A DNA stretch of 64,000 nucleotides from an uncultured Candidatus Rokubacteria bacterium. GTDB lineage: Bacteria > Methylomirabilota > Methylomirabilia > Rokubacteriales > CSP1-6. The notes beneath the pieces were generated by a model. It made no database searches, had not been told where the DNA came from, and saw only the letters and a list, made by a program, of their open reading frames with translations. The translations under genes were made by a program, and so were the position numbers. The stretch is taken from positions 1 through 64,000 of the forward strand of contig CAVVEU010000025.1 of assembly GCA_963747235.1 (NCBI GenBank). Direction: 5' to 3'. Positions 8,181-19,549 of this stretch are shown here, piece by piece (position 1 is the stretch's first letter; the number at the start of each line of letters is the position of its first letter).

Positions 8181-8986
8181 GCGCGGCTCTCCGCGGTGAC
8201 GCCGTCGGCGAGCAGGGCCAGGAGCTGGTGGACCTCGGAGACGTCGGTCAACCGGTACGCCGCCTTGGACGCGGGCACCGCGTCGCCCACGCGGATCGTG
8301 AGCGCCTGGCCGCTCAGCACCTCGAAGGCGTGCTCGTCGGTCCAGTCGTCGCCCAGGTAGAGCCAGAGCGCCGGCTCGGGCAGGCTCGCCCGCAGCCGCT
8401 CCTCGATCCACTTCGCGCACTCGCCCTTGGTCCAGGCCACCTGCGGCAGCACCTCGATCACCTTGCTGCCGTGGAAGATCTTCAGCAGGCTGCCCGGCTG
8501 CTCCTGGATCGCGCGGGCCAGCTCGATCTCCACCCGGCGGATCTCGTCCGCGGCCACGTGCCGGTAGTGCACGGCCACCGCGAGGCCCTTCGTCTCCACG
8601 CGCATCCCGCTCACCGAGGGGGCGCGGCGGACCAGGACGTCCCCCACCGCCCACAGCGTGGCCTGCTGGGCCAGCGCGTCGGGATGGCGGAAGACCAGGT
8701 TCGGGCCCTCGATCTCGAGCCCGTGGCAGCCCGCGTAGATGACGTCGTCGAGCCCGACGCGGCCCCGCAGATCCTCCAGGCCGCGCCCGGAGATCACGGC
8801 CACGCGCGCCCGCGGGGAGCGGGCGAGGCGCGCGAGGTCCTCGCGCGTCTGCGCGGCCAGGACCGCGTCGGCCGGGTCGTCCACGATGGGAGTCAAGGTG
8901 CCGTCATAGTCGGTCATGAGAAGAATGCTACCGGGACCGGCCAGCGATTCCTCCGCCCAGGCGAGGAGACGCGCAAGATCGCTCAC
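8177..8986 (-). CDS. otsB: Trehalose-6-phosphate phosphatase (HAD)
   Basis: DYDGTLTPI, VISGR, YAGCHGLE, YLGDDWTDEHAF; start codon approximate. Confidence 0.9.
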   Translation of the reverse strand: MSDLARLLAWAEESLAGPGSILLMTDYDGTLTPIVDDPADAVLAAQTREDLARLARSPRARVAVISGRGLEDLRGRVGLDDVIYAGCHGLEIEGPNLVFRHPDALAQQATLWAVGDVLVRRAPSVSGMRVETKGLAVAVHYRHVAADEIRRVEIELARAIQEQPGSLLKIFHGSKVIEVLPQVAWTKGECAKWIEERLRASLPEPALWLYLGDDWTDEHAFEVLSGQALTIRVGDAVPASKAAYRLTDVSEVHQLLALLADGVTAESRA

Positions 8987-9100
8987 GCGCCGCGCTCCGG
9001 ACTGCGGGGCGTCGCCGGCTCCACGGAGACCGCTCGCGCGCTCAGTATCCACATGGCACACGCAACCTGCGAGGACGACCGGACCAAGTAGGCAAACCTC

Positions 9101-9129
9101 AGCATATCGGTCGAGCGGGAGCCGGTCAA
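9101..9129 (-). promoter_or_regulatory. sigma70-type promoter for otsBA
   Basis: TTGACC-N17-TATGCT on the minus strand. Confidence 0.6.
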
Positions 9130-9143
9130 GAGTTGGGTCGCCC

Positions 9144-9678
9144 TCAGGTCCGCGGGTACGGGTCTCCCGTGCGGGCGAGTGCTCGGAGCGCGCTGTCCAG
9201 GATCTGCGCCGTCGTGCCGGCGAGTCCCCAGTTGCCGCCGTACGCGTAGTAGTGCGAGAACCCGCCCTCGTCCAGCCGGGCCAGGAGCCCCTCACCGCCC
9301 TCCTGGACCAGCAGCAGCACGCGCTCGCTGCGACAGGTCGCGGGCACGCAGCCCGTCACCGCCACGTAATTCGCGTCGCCGACCCGCACCCCGCGTGGCA
9401 CCTCGGTACGACCGAAGTACGCGGCGGCGCCCTTCGCGATCTTGCCGCGGCCCTGCCGCGGCGGGCGTCCAGTCCGCGCCGAAGAGGTTGCGGATCTTGT
9501 CACGGAGCTGCGGGTTGTTGACGACCTCGTCCCCGGTGCGACCGAACGTGGCCTCGCGCGGCCCCGGCTCGAGCACTCCGGCCATCGGGGGCGTCGGCGT
9601 CCCCGCCGGCGGATCGATGGTGCAGGCCGCGGTGAGCGCGCCCAGAGCCAGCGTGAATCCCAGGAATACGCTGCGCAT
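9144..9678 (-). CDS. Lipoprotein with possible Ivy-like fold (frameshift near 9460)
   Basis: RBS GGAGG; lipobox LTAAC; C-terminal frame contains VRVGDANYVAVTGCVPATCRSERVLLL. Confidence 0.65.
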
Positions 9679-9724
9679 GATGGTCTCCCCCTCCGGCGAG
9701 TGTGTGAAAGTCCAGGGAGACTCG

Positions 9725-9739
9725 GCAACCCCCATGCCA
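9725..9739 (-). promoter_or_regulatory. sigma54 -24/-12 promoter
   Basis: Minus strand TGGCATGGGGGTTGC. Confidence 0.78.
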
Positions 9740-9825
9740 CCCCATGATACGAGGACCCGTGGGCCGCGAAGCCTTACGGTGCGGGAGCTTGGAAGGAATC
9801 CGCCGGGACGGGCTGAACCGCGGAG

Positions 9826-9858
9826 CGGTAAGACTTACCGGAGGCGGTAAGCTTTACA
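9826..9858. promoter_or_regulatory. Tandem putative bEBP sites (GGTAA-GAC-TTACC; GGTAA-GCT-TTACA)
   Basis: Two GTAA-N3-TTAC palindromes 19 bp apart, about 90-120 bp upstream of the sigma54 promoter. Confidence 0.7.
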
Positions 9859-9864
9859 CGCCCG

Positions 9865-10419
9865 TCAGCGTGGCGCCTTCGACATCTCATCGGCCAGGAA
9901 ATAGGCCTTGTCGGCCAGCGTGAACGCGCGCTGCACGTCGCGGGTCGAGAGCGCCTCGCGCGCCTTCACGAGGAAGCTCTGGATGGTCCGGTAGTTCTCC
10001 TGCTGCTCGCGGGGCAGGCGGGCGGGATCGATCCGCTGCACGAGCTTCTCGGTGCCCTCGATGCGGCGCTCGGCCTGCGCCTTGAGCCGCTGCTCCTCCT
10101 CCGCGCTGGCCTGCGGGGCCAGCACCGGCGGCTCGCGGGGAATCGCCGCGCTGCGCGGAGGCGGCGGAGTCGGCGCGGGGGGCGTGGGCGCGGGGGGCGT
10201 CGCGAGGGGCGCCGGGGGCGTGGGCCGGGGCGGAGCCGGCGGGGGCACCGGCTCCCTGACCGCGGGGGTCGACCTGGCCGCGAGCTCCTCCTCGCCGGGG
10301 GCCGAGGCGCGCGGCGGCGCCATGGACGGCGCGGGCACCAGGAAGTCGCTGGCCCCCGCGCAGCCCCCGAGCGTCGCGGCGGCCAGCAGCAGCCAGATCG
10401 GGCCGCGCGGGCGCGTCAT
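9865..10419 (-). CDS. Pro-rich lipoprotein with C-terminal helical domain, coupled to the sensor kinase
   Basis: MTRPRGPIWLLLAAATLGGC lipobox, long Pro-rich linker, helical C-terminus; ATGA overlap with the kinase stop. Confidence 0.7.
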   Translation of the reverse strand: MTRPRGPIWLLLAAATLGGCAGASDFLVPAPSMAPPRASAPGEEELAARSTPAVREPVPPPAPPRPTPPAPLATPPAPTPPAPTPPPPRSAAIPREPPVLAPQASAEEEQRLKAQAERRIEGTEKLVQRIDPARLPREQQENYRTIQSFLVKAREALSTRDVQRAFTLADKAYFLADEMSKAPR

Positions 10420-12227
10420 CGTAGCGGCAGGCGGACGACCATGGCCGTCCCCCGCCCCGGCTCGGACTTCGCCTCGATCGTGCCGTCGTGGAGCTGCACG
10501 ATGCGGTACACCACCGAGAGCCCGATGCCGCTGCCCCCGACCTTGCTGGTGTAGTAGAGCTTGAAGATCTTGTCCACGTCCTCCGGCGCGATGCCCACGC
10601 CCTGGTCCGTCACCGTCACGCGCACCCACTCGAGCTCCTCGGGGCGAGTGCGGACGCGCACCGCGCCGCCGGTCGGCATCGCCTGCACCGCGTTCTGCAG
10701 GATGTTGATGAAGGCCTGGCGCAGCAGCTCCTCGTCGGCGCTCACCGTGGGCAGGTCCGCGTCCAGCTCCAGCACGAAGCGGACGCCGTGGCTCTGGCTC
10801 TCCGCCTCCAGCAGCGCGCACACGCTCTGGAGCATGGCGTTGAGATCCACCGGCTTGAGCGTCAGCTCCTGCGGGCGCATGAACTTGAGGAAGCCCTGCA
10901 CCACGCGATCCAGCCGCCGGATCTCGCTGCCGATGACCTCCAGGCTCTGCCGGACGTCGGCCCCCGAATCCTCGAGCCGCTCCTTGAGCAGCTCGACGTG
11001 GATCATCATCGCGTTGAGCGGGTTCTTCACCTCGTGGGCCACCCCCGAGGTGAGGCGGCCGAGCGCGGCCAGCTTGGCCGAGTAGCTCACCAGCGACTGC
11101 ACGGTCTTGACGGACTCGAGATCCTTCAGCAGCACCGCCACGCCCATCACCCGGTGCGCGTCCTCCATGTGGAAGGCCGAGACCAGGAACTCCTTGTCGC
11201 GGCCCTCGTGCGGCAGCACCACCGTGGCGTTGCGAATGCCCGCGGAGCCGACCAGCACCTGGTCCACGAAGGGCAGCAGCGGGTGCGCGGGATCCAGCAC
11301 CTCGTGGATCGGCAGGCCGACCGCCCGCTCGAGCGGGAGGCCCACCACCGCCTCCGCGGCCCGGTTGAAGAACAGGATGTGCCGCTCCGGGTTCAGGAAG
11401 ATGACCCCGTCTTCCAGCTGGTCGACCACCCCCTGCAGGTGAGCCTTCTCACTGAGCGTCGACAGCCGGTCCGCCTGCAGCTCGCGCCCGAGACGCGTGA
11501 GCTGGGAGGACAGCTCCTGGAACTCGTCGCCGCCCAGCGCCACCGGCGTGGCCTCCAGGGGCTCGCCGCGGCGGATCCGGTCCACCTGGCCCACGATGGC
11601 GCGGATCGGCCGCACCGTGAGCTGCGCCAGCACCATCGCGGCCAGCCACGCCAGGGGCAGCGCGACCGCGGCCACCGCCAGGCTCTGCTGGAGCGAGCCG
11701 GTGACCTCGCGCCGCAGGAGCGTGGTCGACACGCCCAGACGAATGGACCCGAAGAGCCGATCGTTGAGCGTCATCGGCAGCACCGTCTCGTAGGTGCGGC
11801 CCGCGGTGTAGAGCGCGGAGAAGCGGCTCAGCGTGTCGAGCTTCAGGAGCCCGTCGAGGTTCGGGCGCTCCGGCTCCGGCTTGCCCTCCTTCTGGCGCTC
11901 GGTGTGGAGCAGCACGGTGCCGGTGTGGTCGGTGACGAGCGCGTAGACCAGGTGCGGCGAGTAGCCGACGCTCGCGTCGAGGAAGCTGCGCAGCTCCGGA
12001 TCCTCCCGCAGCGCGACGAGCGGATCGGCGCCGGGCGTGCGCTGCAGCGCGCGGCTGGTCTGGGCGTAGATCTGCTTGGCGATGAGCTCGGCCTGCTTCA
12101 CCGCCTCCTGCACCACCACGCGGCTGAGCTGGGAGAGATGGATCGCGGTGGCGGTGGAGACCACGAGCAGCGTGAGCAGGCTGACGACCAGCGCCTCCCG
12201 CCCCCGCACCCCGAGTCGCAGCCGCAT
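10416..12227 (-). CDS. Sensor histidine kinase (TM-periplasmic-HAMP-PAS-HisKA-HATPase)
   Basis: GVAHEVKNPL H-box, NILQNAVQA N-box, DQGVGI, GSGIGL. Confidence 0.92.
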   Translation of the reverse strand: MRLRLGVRGREALVVSLLTLLVVSTATAIHLSQLSRVVVQEAVKQAELIAKQIYAQTSRALQRTPGADPLVALREDPELRSFLDASVGYSPHLVYALVTDHTGTVLLHTERQKEGKPEPERPNLDGLLKLDTLSRFSALYTAGRTYETVLPMTLNDRLFGSIRLGVSTTLLRREVTGSLQQSLAVAAVALPLAWLAAMVLAQLTVRPIRAIVGQVDRIRRGEPLEATPVALGGDEFQELSSQLTRLGRELQADRLSTLSEKAHLQGVVDQLEDGVIFLNPERHILFFNRAAEAVVGLPLERAVGLPIHEVLDPAHPLLPFVDQVLVGSAGIRNATVVLPHEGRDKEFLVSAFHMEDAHRVMGVAVLLKDLESVKTVQSLVSYSAKLAALGRLTSGVAHEVKNPLNAMMIHVELLKERLEDSGADVRQSLEVIGSEIRRLDRVVQGFLKFMRPQELTLKPVDLNAMLQSVCALLEAESQSHGVRFVLELDADLPTVSADEELLRQAFINILQNAVQAMPTGGAVRVRTRPEELEWVRVTVTDQGVGIAPEDVDKIFKLYYTSKVGGSGIGLSVVYRIVQLHDGTIEAKSEPGRGTAMVVRLPLR

Positions 12228-12228
12228 G

Positions 12229-13587
<1,359 letters not shown>

Positions 13588-13600
13588 GCGCCGGGTGGCC

Positions 13601-14924
<1,324 letters not shown>

Positions 14925-14932
<8 letters not shown>

Positions 14933-16254
14933 CTCCGTCTCCAAGTCCCGGGAAGTGCGGCCGCGGGTCCGCGAGCAGCTCACCACACGTCACCATCCGC
15001 TCCACCATCGCCTCCGCCCGCAGATCCAGGATCCGCACCCGGTCCGGATCGGTCCCCTCGGTCCCGATGATCAGCGCCCACGCGGCGTGCTGCCCGCGCG
15101 CGTAGGCCAGCGATTCGGCCAGCGGCCGGCTGATGATGTCGCGCGCCACCGCCGCCCCCGCGTCCCGCAGCCGCCGCGAGAGCGCGAGCGCGCGGGTCTT
15201 GTCCGCCGTGAAATCGATGACGAAGACGTCCGGCCCGGGCAGCCGCGGCTCCGCGCCCTGCGAGGCCATCGCCAGCAGCGCCCGGCCCGTCTCGAAGGCG
15301 AAGCCGGTGGCCGGGCAATCGTAGCCGAACCGGGCCAGCATCTGGTCGTAGCGCCCACCCCCCACCAGCGGGGCGCCCAGGCCCGACACGTAAGCTTCGA
15401 AGTGTACGCCCGAGTAGTAGTCGAAGCCACGCACTTCGCCCAGGTCGAGCAGGACCGAGTCGGCCAGGCCGTAGGCGCGCAGGAGCCGGTAGATCTCGGC
15501 CAGGTTGGCGAGCGCGGCCTCCGAGCGCGGGTTCTTGACCAGGCGCTCGGCGCGGTCGAGCACCTCGCCGCGCCCGTAGAGCGTGGGCAGGGCCAGCAGC
15601 AGCTCGGTCACCGCCGCGGGCGCGGCCATCTTCGCCGACCAGGCGCTCGAGGGCCGAGAGGTCCTTGTGGCCCAGCGCCGACCGCAGCTCGCGCCCGGTG
15701 GCGGGATCGGCGGCCACGTCTTCCAGGATGCCGCGGAAGAACTCGGTCTGCCCGACGTCGATCTGGAAGCGCTCGAGCCCCAGGGCGCGGAGGCCCTCGA
15801 CGGTCATCGCGATCATCTCGGCGTCGCCCTCGGGGTTGGGCAGCCCGATCAGCTCCACCCCGGCCTGGTAGAACTCGCGATAGCGGCCCACCTGCGGCTC
15901 GTCGTAGCGGAACACGTCGGTGACGTAGGCCAGGCGCAGCGGCTTGGGCTCGTCCCGCATCCGGGTGGCGACGATGCGCGCGATCTGCGGCGTCACGTCC
16001 GCGCGCAGGGCGAGGAGGCGCCCGCTCTCCCGGTCCACCATCTTGAACATGCGCTCCTGCAGCTCCTGATCGGTGCCCTGGGAGAGCACGTCGAAGTACT
16101 CGTACGCGCTGGTCACCACCTCGCGATAACCCCAGCGCCGGAACACCTCGAAGAGGCGCTCCTCCACCGCCCGCTTGCGGGCCGCCTCGTCGGGCAGGTA
16201 GATCTTGGCGCCCTTGGGCAGCTGCGTCGGCTGGCTCTTGCGCGGCACGCTCAT
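14925..16254 (-). CDS. hisZ: ATP phosphoribosyltransferase regulatory subunit (frameshift near 15632)
   Basis: LALRADVTPQIAR, REFYQAGVELIG, RGFDYYSG, GGGRYD, ATGF; classical position upstream of purA. Confidence 0.9.
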
Positions 16255-16261
16255 GGCGGGC

Positions 16262-16879
16262 TCAGGCGATCGCGACGTCGGTCAGGTGGATGAGCGAGTT
16301 CATCCGGTGCAGCGTGGTCCAGTCGTCGCGGAACTCGAGCTCCGAGATGCCGGTGGAGGCGAGCTGGAGCGACCAGAGCCGGTCGAGGCCGAGCCCGAGG
16401 GCTTCCAGGATCAGGACCCGACCGGTGATCCCGTGCGAGACCAGGCAGACGGTCTGCTCCGGGTGGGCCTGCCGCATCGCCTCGAGGCCGGCCAGGGCCC
16501 GGGCGCGCACCGTGGCCAGCGGCTCCGCCCCGGGCCACGCGGCCTCGTGCGGCGTCTCGGCCCAGGCGCGGAGCGGGTCGGGGAAGCGCGTCGCCACCTC
16601 GTCCCGCGTGAGCCCCTCCCACTCCCCGAAGCCCATCTCCTTGAACGCCTCGGCCTCGCGCACCGCGAGCTTGTGCGGGGCCGCGATGATGGCGGCGGTC
16701 TCCCGCGCGCGCCCGAGCGGGCTCGACCAGACCGCGGCCACCGGCGAGCCGGCGAGGAGCCGCGCCGCCGACTCGGCCTGGCCCCGGCCGACGGCGGAGA
16801 GCGGGCTATCGCGCCAGCCCTGGAAGCGGCGCTCCCGGTTCCAGTCGGTCTCCGCGTGACGGAGCAGCAGCACGCGCAT
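16262..16879 (-). CDS. Histidine phosphatase (dPGM-like; possible phosphoserine phosphatase PspA/CobC type)
   Basis: LLRHAETDWN..FQG, SSPLGRA, EMGFGEWEG, VSHG. Confidence 0.85.
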   Translation of the reverse strand: MRVLLLRHAETDWNRERRFQGWRDSPLSAVGRGQAESAARLLAGSPVAAVWSSPLGRARETAAIIAAPHKLAVREAEAFKEMGFGEWEGLTRDEVATRFPDPLRAWAETPHEAAWPGAEPLATVRARALAGLEAMRQAHPEQTVCLVSHGITGRVLILEALGLGLDRLWSLQLASTGISELEFRDDWTTLHRMNSLIHLTDVAIA

Positions 16880-16884
16880 CGCGC

Positions 16885-18024
16885 TCAGCGCTCGGCCAGG
16901 ACCTTCTGGGCCGCGCGGACCGCGGCGCCGAAGTCGATGGGGTGGCCGAGCTCGTGCAGCACTTGCTCGAGCGCCGCCAGCGCGACGATCACGTCGAAAT
17001 CGCCGACGTAGCCCATGTGTCCGAGCCGGAACACCTGCCCCTTCATCTCGCCCTGCCCGCCCGCGATCGTGATGTTGTGCGAGGTCGAGTAGGTGGACAG
17101 CACCGCCTCGCTGTCGATCCCGCGCGGCGCGACCACCGCGGTCAGGGCCGGGCTCGGCCCGGACTTGGCGAAGAGCTCGAGCCCGAGCGCCTCCACGCCG
17201 GAGCGGGTGGCGCGGGCCAGCCGCTCGTGGCGCCGGAACACGTTCGTCAGACCCTCGGTCTCGATCATCTTCAGCACCTCGCGCAGCCCCACGAAGATGG
17301 AGACGGCCGGGGTGAAGCGGCATTCGTTCTTGGCCACGAATCTCCGCTCGGTCGTGATGTCGAAGTAGTACTTCGGCAGCCGCGAGACCTTCACGTGACC
17401 CCACGCCTTCTCAGAGAGCGCGCAGAAGGAGAGGCCGGGCGGGAGCATCAGCCCCTTCTGGGAGCCCGCGACCACCACGTCCACGCCCCACTCGTCCATG
17501 CGGAGGTCGGCGATGCCGAGGCTCGACACCGCGTCCGCGATCAGGATCGCGCCGGTCGCGCGCGTCACCGCGGCGATGCCTCGGACGTCGTGGAGCACCC
17601 CGGTGGACGACTCGCTGTGCTGCATCAGCACCGCCTTCGCTTCCGGATGCTGACGCAGTGCTTCCGCGAAGGCCGACGCCGGGACGGTCTGGCCGAAGGG
17701 CGCGTCCATCGGGATCACGGTGACCCCGTACGCGCGGCAGATCTCCTCCCAGCGCTCGCCGAACTTGCCCGCGCGGAGCACCAGCACCGTGTCGCCCGCC
17801 GACAGGGTGTTGCAGACCGCGGCTTCCAGGGCTCCGGTGCCCGACGACGTGAACGGGATCACGTCCTGGCTGGTCTGGAAGAGCCGCTTGAGCCCGGACC
17901 GGACCTCCAGGAAGAGCGCCTCGTACTCCGGCGTCCGGTGGTGGAGCATCGGCTGGGCCATCGCCAGCAGCACGTTCGAGGGCACGGGCGTGGGCCCCGG
18001 CGCCATCAGGTAGTACTTCTTCAT
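16885..18024 (-). CDS. Class V PLP aminotransferase (alanine-glyoxylate/serine-pyruvate family)
   Basis: LMAPGPT, SSGTGALE, HSESSTG, DAVSS, GSQKGLMLPPG, FRLGHMG. Confidence 0.92.
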   Translation of the reverse strand: MKKYYLMAPGPTPVPSNVLLAMAQPMLHHRTPEYEALFLEVRSGLKRLFQTSQDVIPFTSSGTGALEAAVCNTLSAGDTVLVLRAGKFGERWEEICRAYGVTVIPMDAPFGQTVPASAFAEALRQHPEAKAVLMQHSESSTGVLHDVRGIAAVTRATGAILIADAVSSLGIADLRMDEWGVDVVVAGSQKGLMLPPGLSFCALSEKAWGHVKVSRLPKYYFDITTERRFVAKNECRFTPAVSIFVGLREVLKMIETEGLTNVFRRHERLARATRSGVEALGLELFAKSGPSPALTAVVAPRGIDSEAVLSTYSTSHNITIAGGQGEMKGQVFRLGHMGYVGDFDVIVALAALEQVLHELGHPIDFGAAVRAAQKVLAER

Positions 18025-18116
18025 TACAAGCTCCTTGGGGGTCAGGTTGACCCGACCACGGTATCAGAACCGCGCGATACCTTGCAACGAGCGCCCGGCT
18101 TGTGAAGCCGTGTACC

Positions 18117-18689
18117 ATGGGCGCCGTGCCTCAACTGGCGCTGGCACTGCTCCTTCTCCGCGCGATGGCGCTCGCCGACCCCGCGGACGCCGACGAGGGG
18201 CTCTGGCGACGGCTCGCGGCGGGCGGGCAGGTCGTGCTCCTGCGCCACGGCACGACGACCCCCGGAGTCGGAGACCCAACCGGCTTTCGGCTGGACGACT
18301 GTGCGACGCAGCGCAACCTGACCGAGGCGGGCCGCGAGGAGTCGCGACGGATCGGGGCCGCCTTCAAGGCCCGCGCGATCCCGGTCGGGCGGGTGCTGTC
18401 GAGCCCGTGGTGCCGCTGCCTCGAGACCGCGCGGCTGGCCTTCGGATCGGCCGAGCCGTGGGGGCCCTTGCGCTCGCTCTTCGCCGACCGGACGCGGCAG
18501 GCCGAGCAGACGCGGGCCTTCCGGGCCCTCGCCGGCGAGAAGCACGCGGGCGGCAACGTGATCCTCGTGACCCACGGCGCCAACATCGTGACCTTCGTCG
18601 GCGTGAGCCCGGCCACGGCCGAGATGGTGATCGTCACCCCACAAGCCAACGGGACCTTCACCGTCGCGGGCCGCCTCCCCGCCCCGTGA
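18117..18689 (+). CDS. Exported histidine phosphatase family protein
   Basis: Signal peptide, LLRHG, CATQRNL, SSPWCRC, LVTHG; real start may be GTG 18126. Confidence 0.8.
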   Translation: MGAVPQLALALLLLRAMALADPADADEGLWRRLAAGGQVVLLRHGTTTPGVGDPTGFRLDDCATQRNLTEAGREESRRIGAAFKARAIPVGRVLSSPWCRCLETARLAFGSAEPWGPLRSLFADRTRQAEQTRAFRALAGEKHAGGNVILVTHGANIVTFVGVSPATAEMVIVTPQANGTFTVAGRLPAP

Positions 18690-18706
18690 CGAAGCAGGAG
18701 CGCGCG

Positions 18707-19054
18707 ATGATCCGACTCGTGCTGATCACGGCAACCCTTCTCGCGCTGGCCGCCCCCACCCTGGCCCATCACGGCTGGAGCGGGTACGACAGCACCAAGG
18801 AGATGACGCTCACCGGCACCATCCGCGAGGCCGGCTACGAGCACCCGCACGGATACATCCGGCTCGAGGCGGGCGGCAAGGTCTGGGTCGTGGTGCTGGC
18901 CCCGCCCACGCGGATGGAGAACCGCGGCCTGCCCCGCGCCGAGCTCCGGCCCGGCGCGGCCGCTACCGTGGTGGGCTACCCCAACCGCACGGATCCCGAC
19001 GAGCTGCGCGCCGAGCGGATCACGGTCGGCGGGAAGACGACGGAACTCCGCTAG
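18707..19054 (+). CDS. DUF6152-family periplasmic protein
   Basis: Signal peptide ending TLA-HH, then GWSGYD, LTGTI, YEHPH; RBS AGGAG. Confidence 0.75.
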   Translation: MIRLVLITATLLALAAPTLAHHGWSGYDSTKEMTLTGTIREAGYEHPHGYIRLEAGGKVWVVVLAPPTRMENRGLPRAELRPGAAATVVGYPNRTDPDELRAERITVGGKTTELR

Positions 19055-19549
19055 GTGCATCCGCCCGAGGGGGCCGCCTGGCTGATCTGGCTGGAGACAT
19101 CCGCGCTGGCGGTCGCGATGCGCCAGTGGCAGTGGCTCTATCCCATCGTCGAGATCCTGCACATCCTGGGCTTCGTGCTCGTGGTCGGCGGCGCCTTCTT
19201 CTTCGACCTGCGTCTGCTCGGGCGCGGTCGCTCACTCCCGGTGAGCGGCCTGGCGGCGCATCTGCTGACGTGGTCGCGCGCGGGCTTCGCCCTCGTGGCG
19301 CCGACCGGCTTCATGATGTTCACGGCCCACGCCACCGAGTTCGCGGTGAACTCGGCCTTCCGGCTCAAGCTGATCCTGATCGCGGTGGCGCTGCTGAACG
19401 CCGCCGCGTTCCATCGGTGGCCGTTCCGGTCCGTCATCCGCTGGGACGTGGGCCCCGGCACGCCCGTCTGGGCCAGGCTCGCGGCGACGGTCTCCCTCGC
19501 CTGCTGGATCGGGGCGGTCGCCTGCGGGCGCCTGCTGGCGTACTTCTAG
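19055..19549 (+). CDS. DUF6644-family 4-TM membrane protein
   Basis: WLETSALAVAMR..YPIVEILHILG..FDLRLLG..FRLKL..GRLLAYF; abuts the DUF6152 gene. Confidence 0.75.
   Translation: MHPPEGAAWLIWLETSALAVAMRQWQWLYPIVEILHILGFVLVVGGAFFFDLRLLGRGRSLPVSGLAAHLLTWSRAGFALVAPTGFMMFTAHATEFAVNSAFRLKLILIAVALLNAAAFHRWPFRSVIRWDVGPGTPVWARLAATVSLACWIGAVACGRLLAYF

Noticed and set aside
10150-10250. Low-complexity G-rich tract
   Set aside because: Simply encodes the Pro-rich linker of the lipoprotein on the minus strand.
19232-19549. SagB-like ORF extending about 318 bp antisense into the DUF6644 gene
   Set aside because: Family-like sequence ends near TALGRS, and a TAG in the neighbouring frame at the CTAG 19546-19549 suggests an indel rather than a true overlap.
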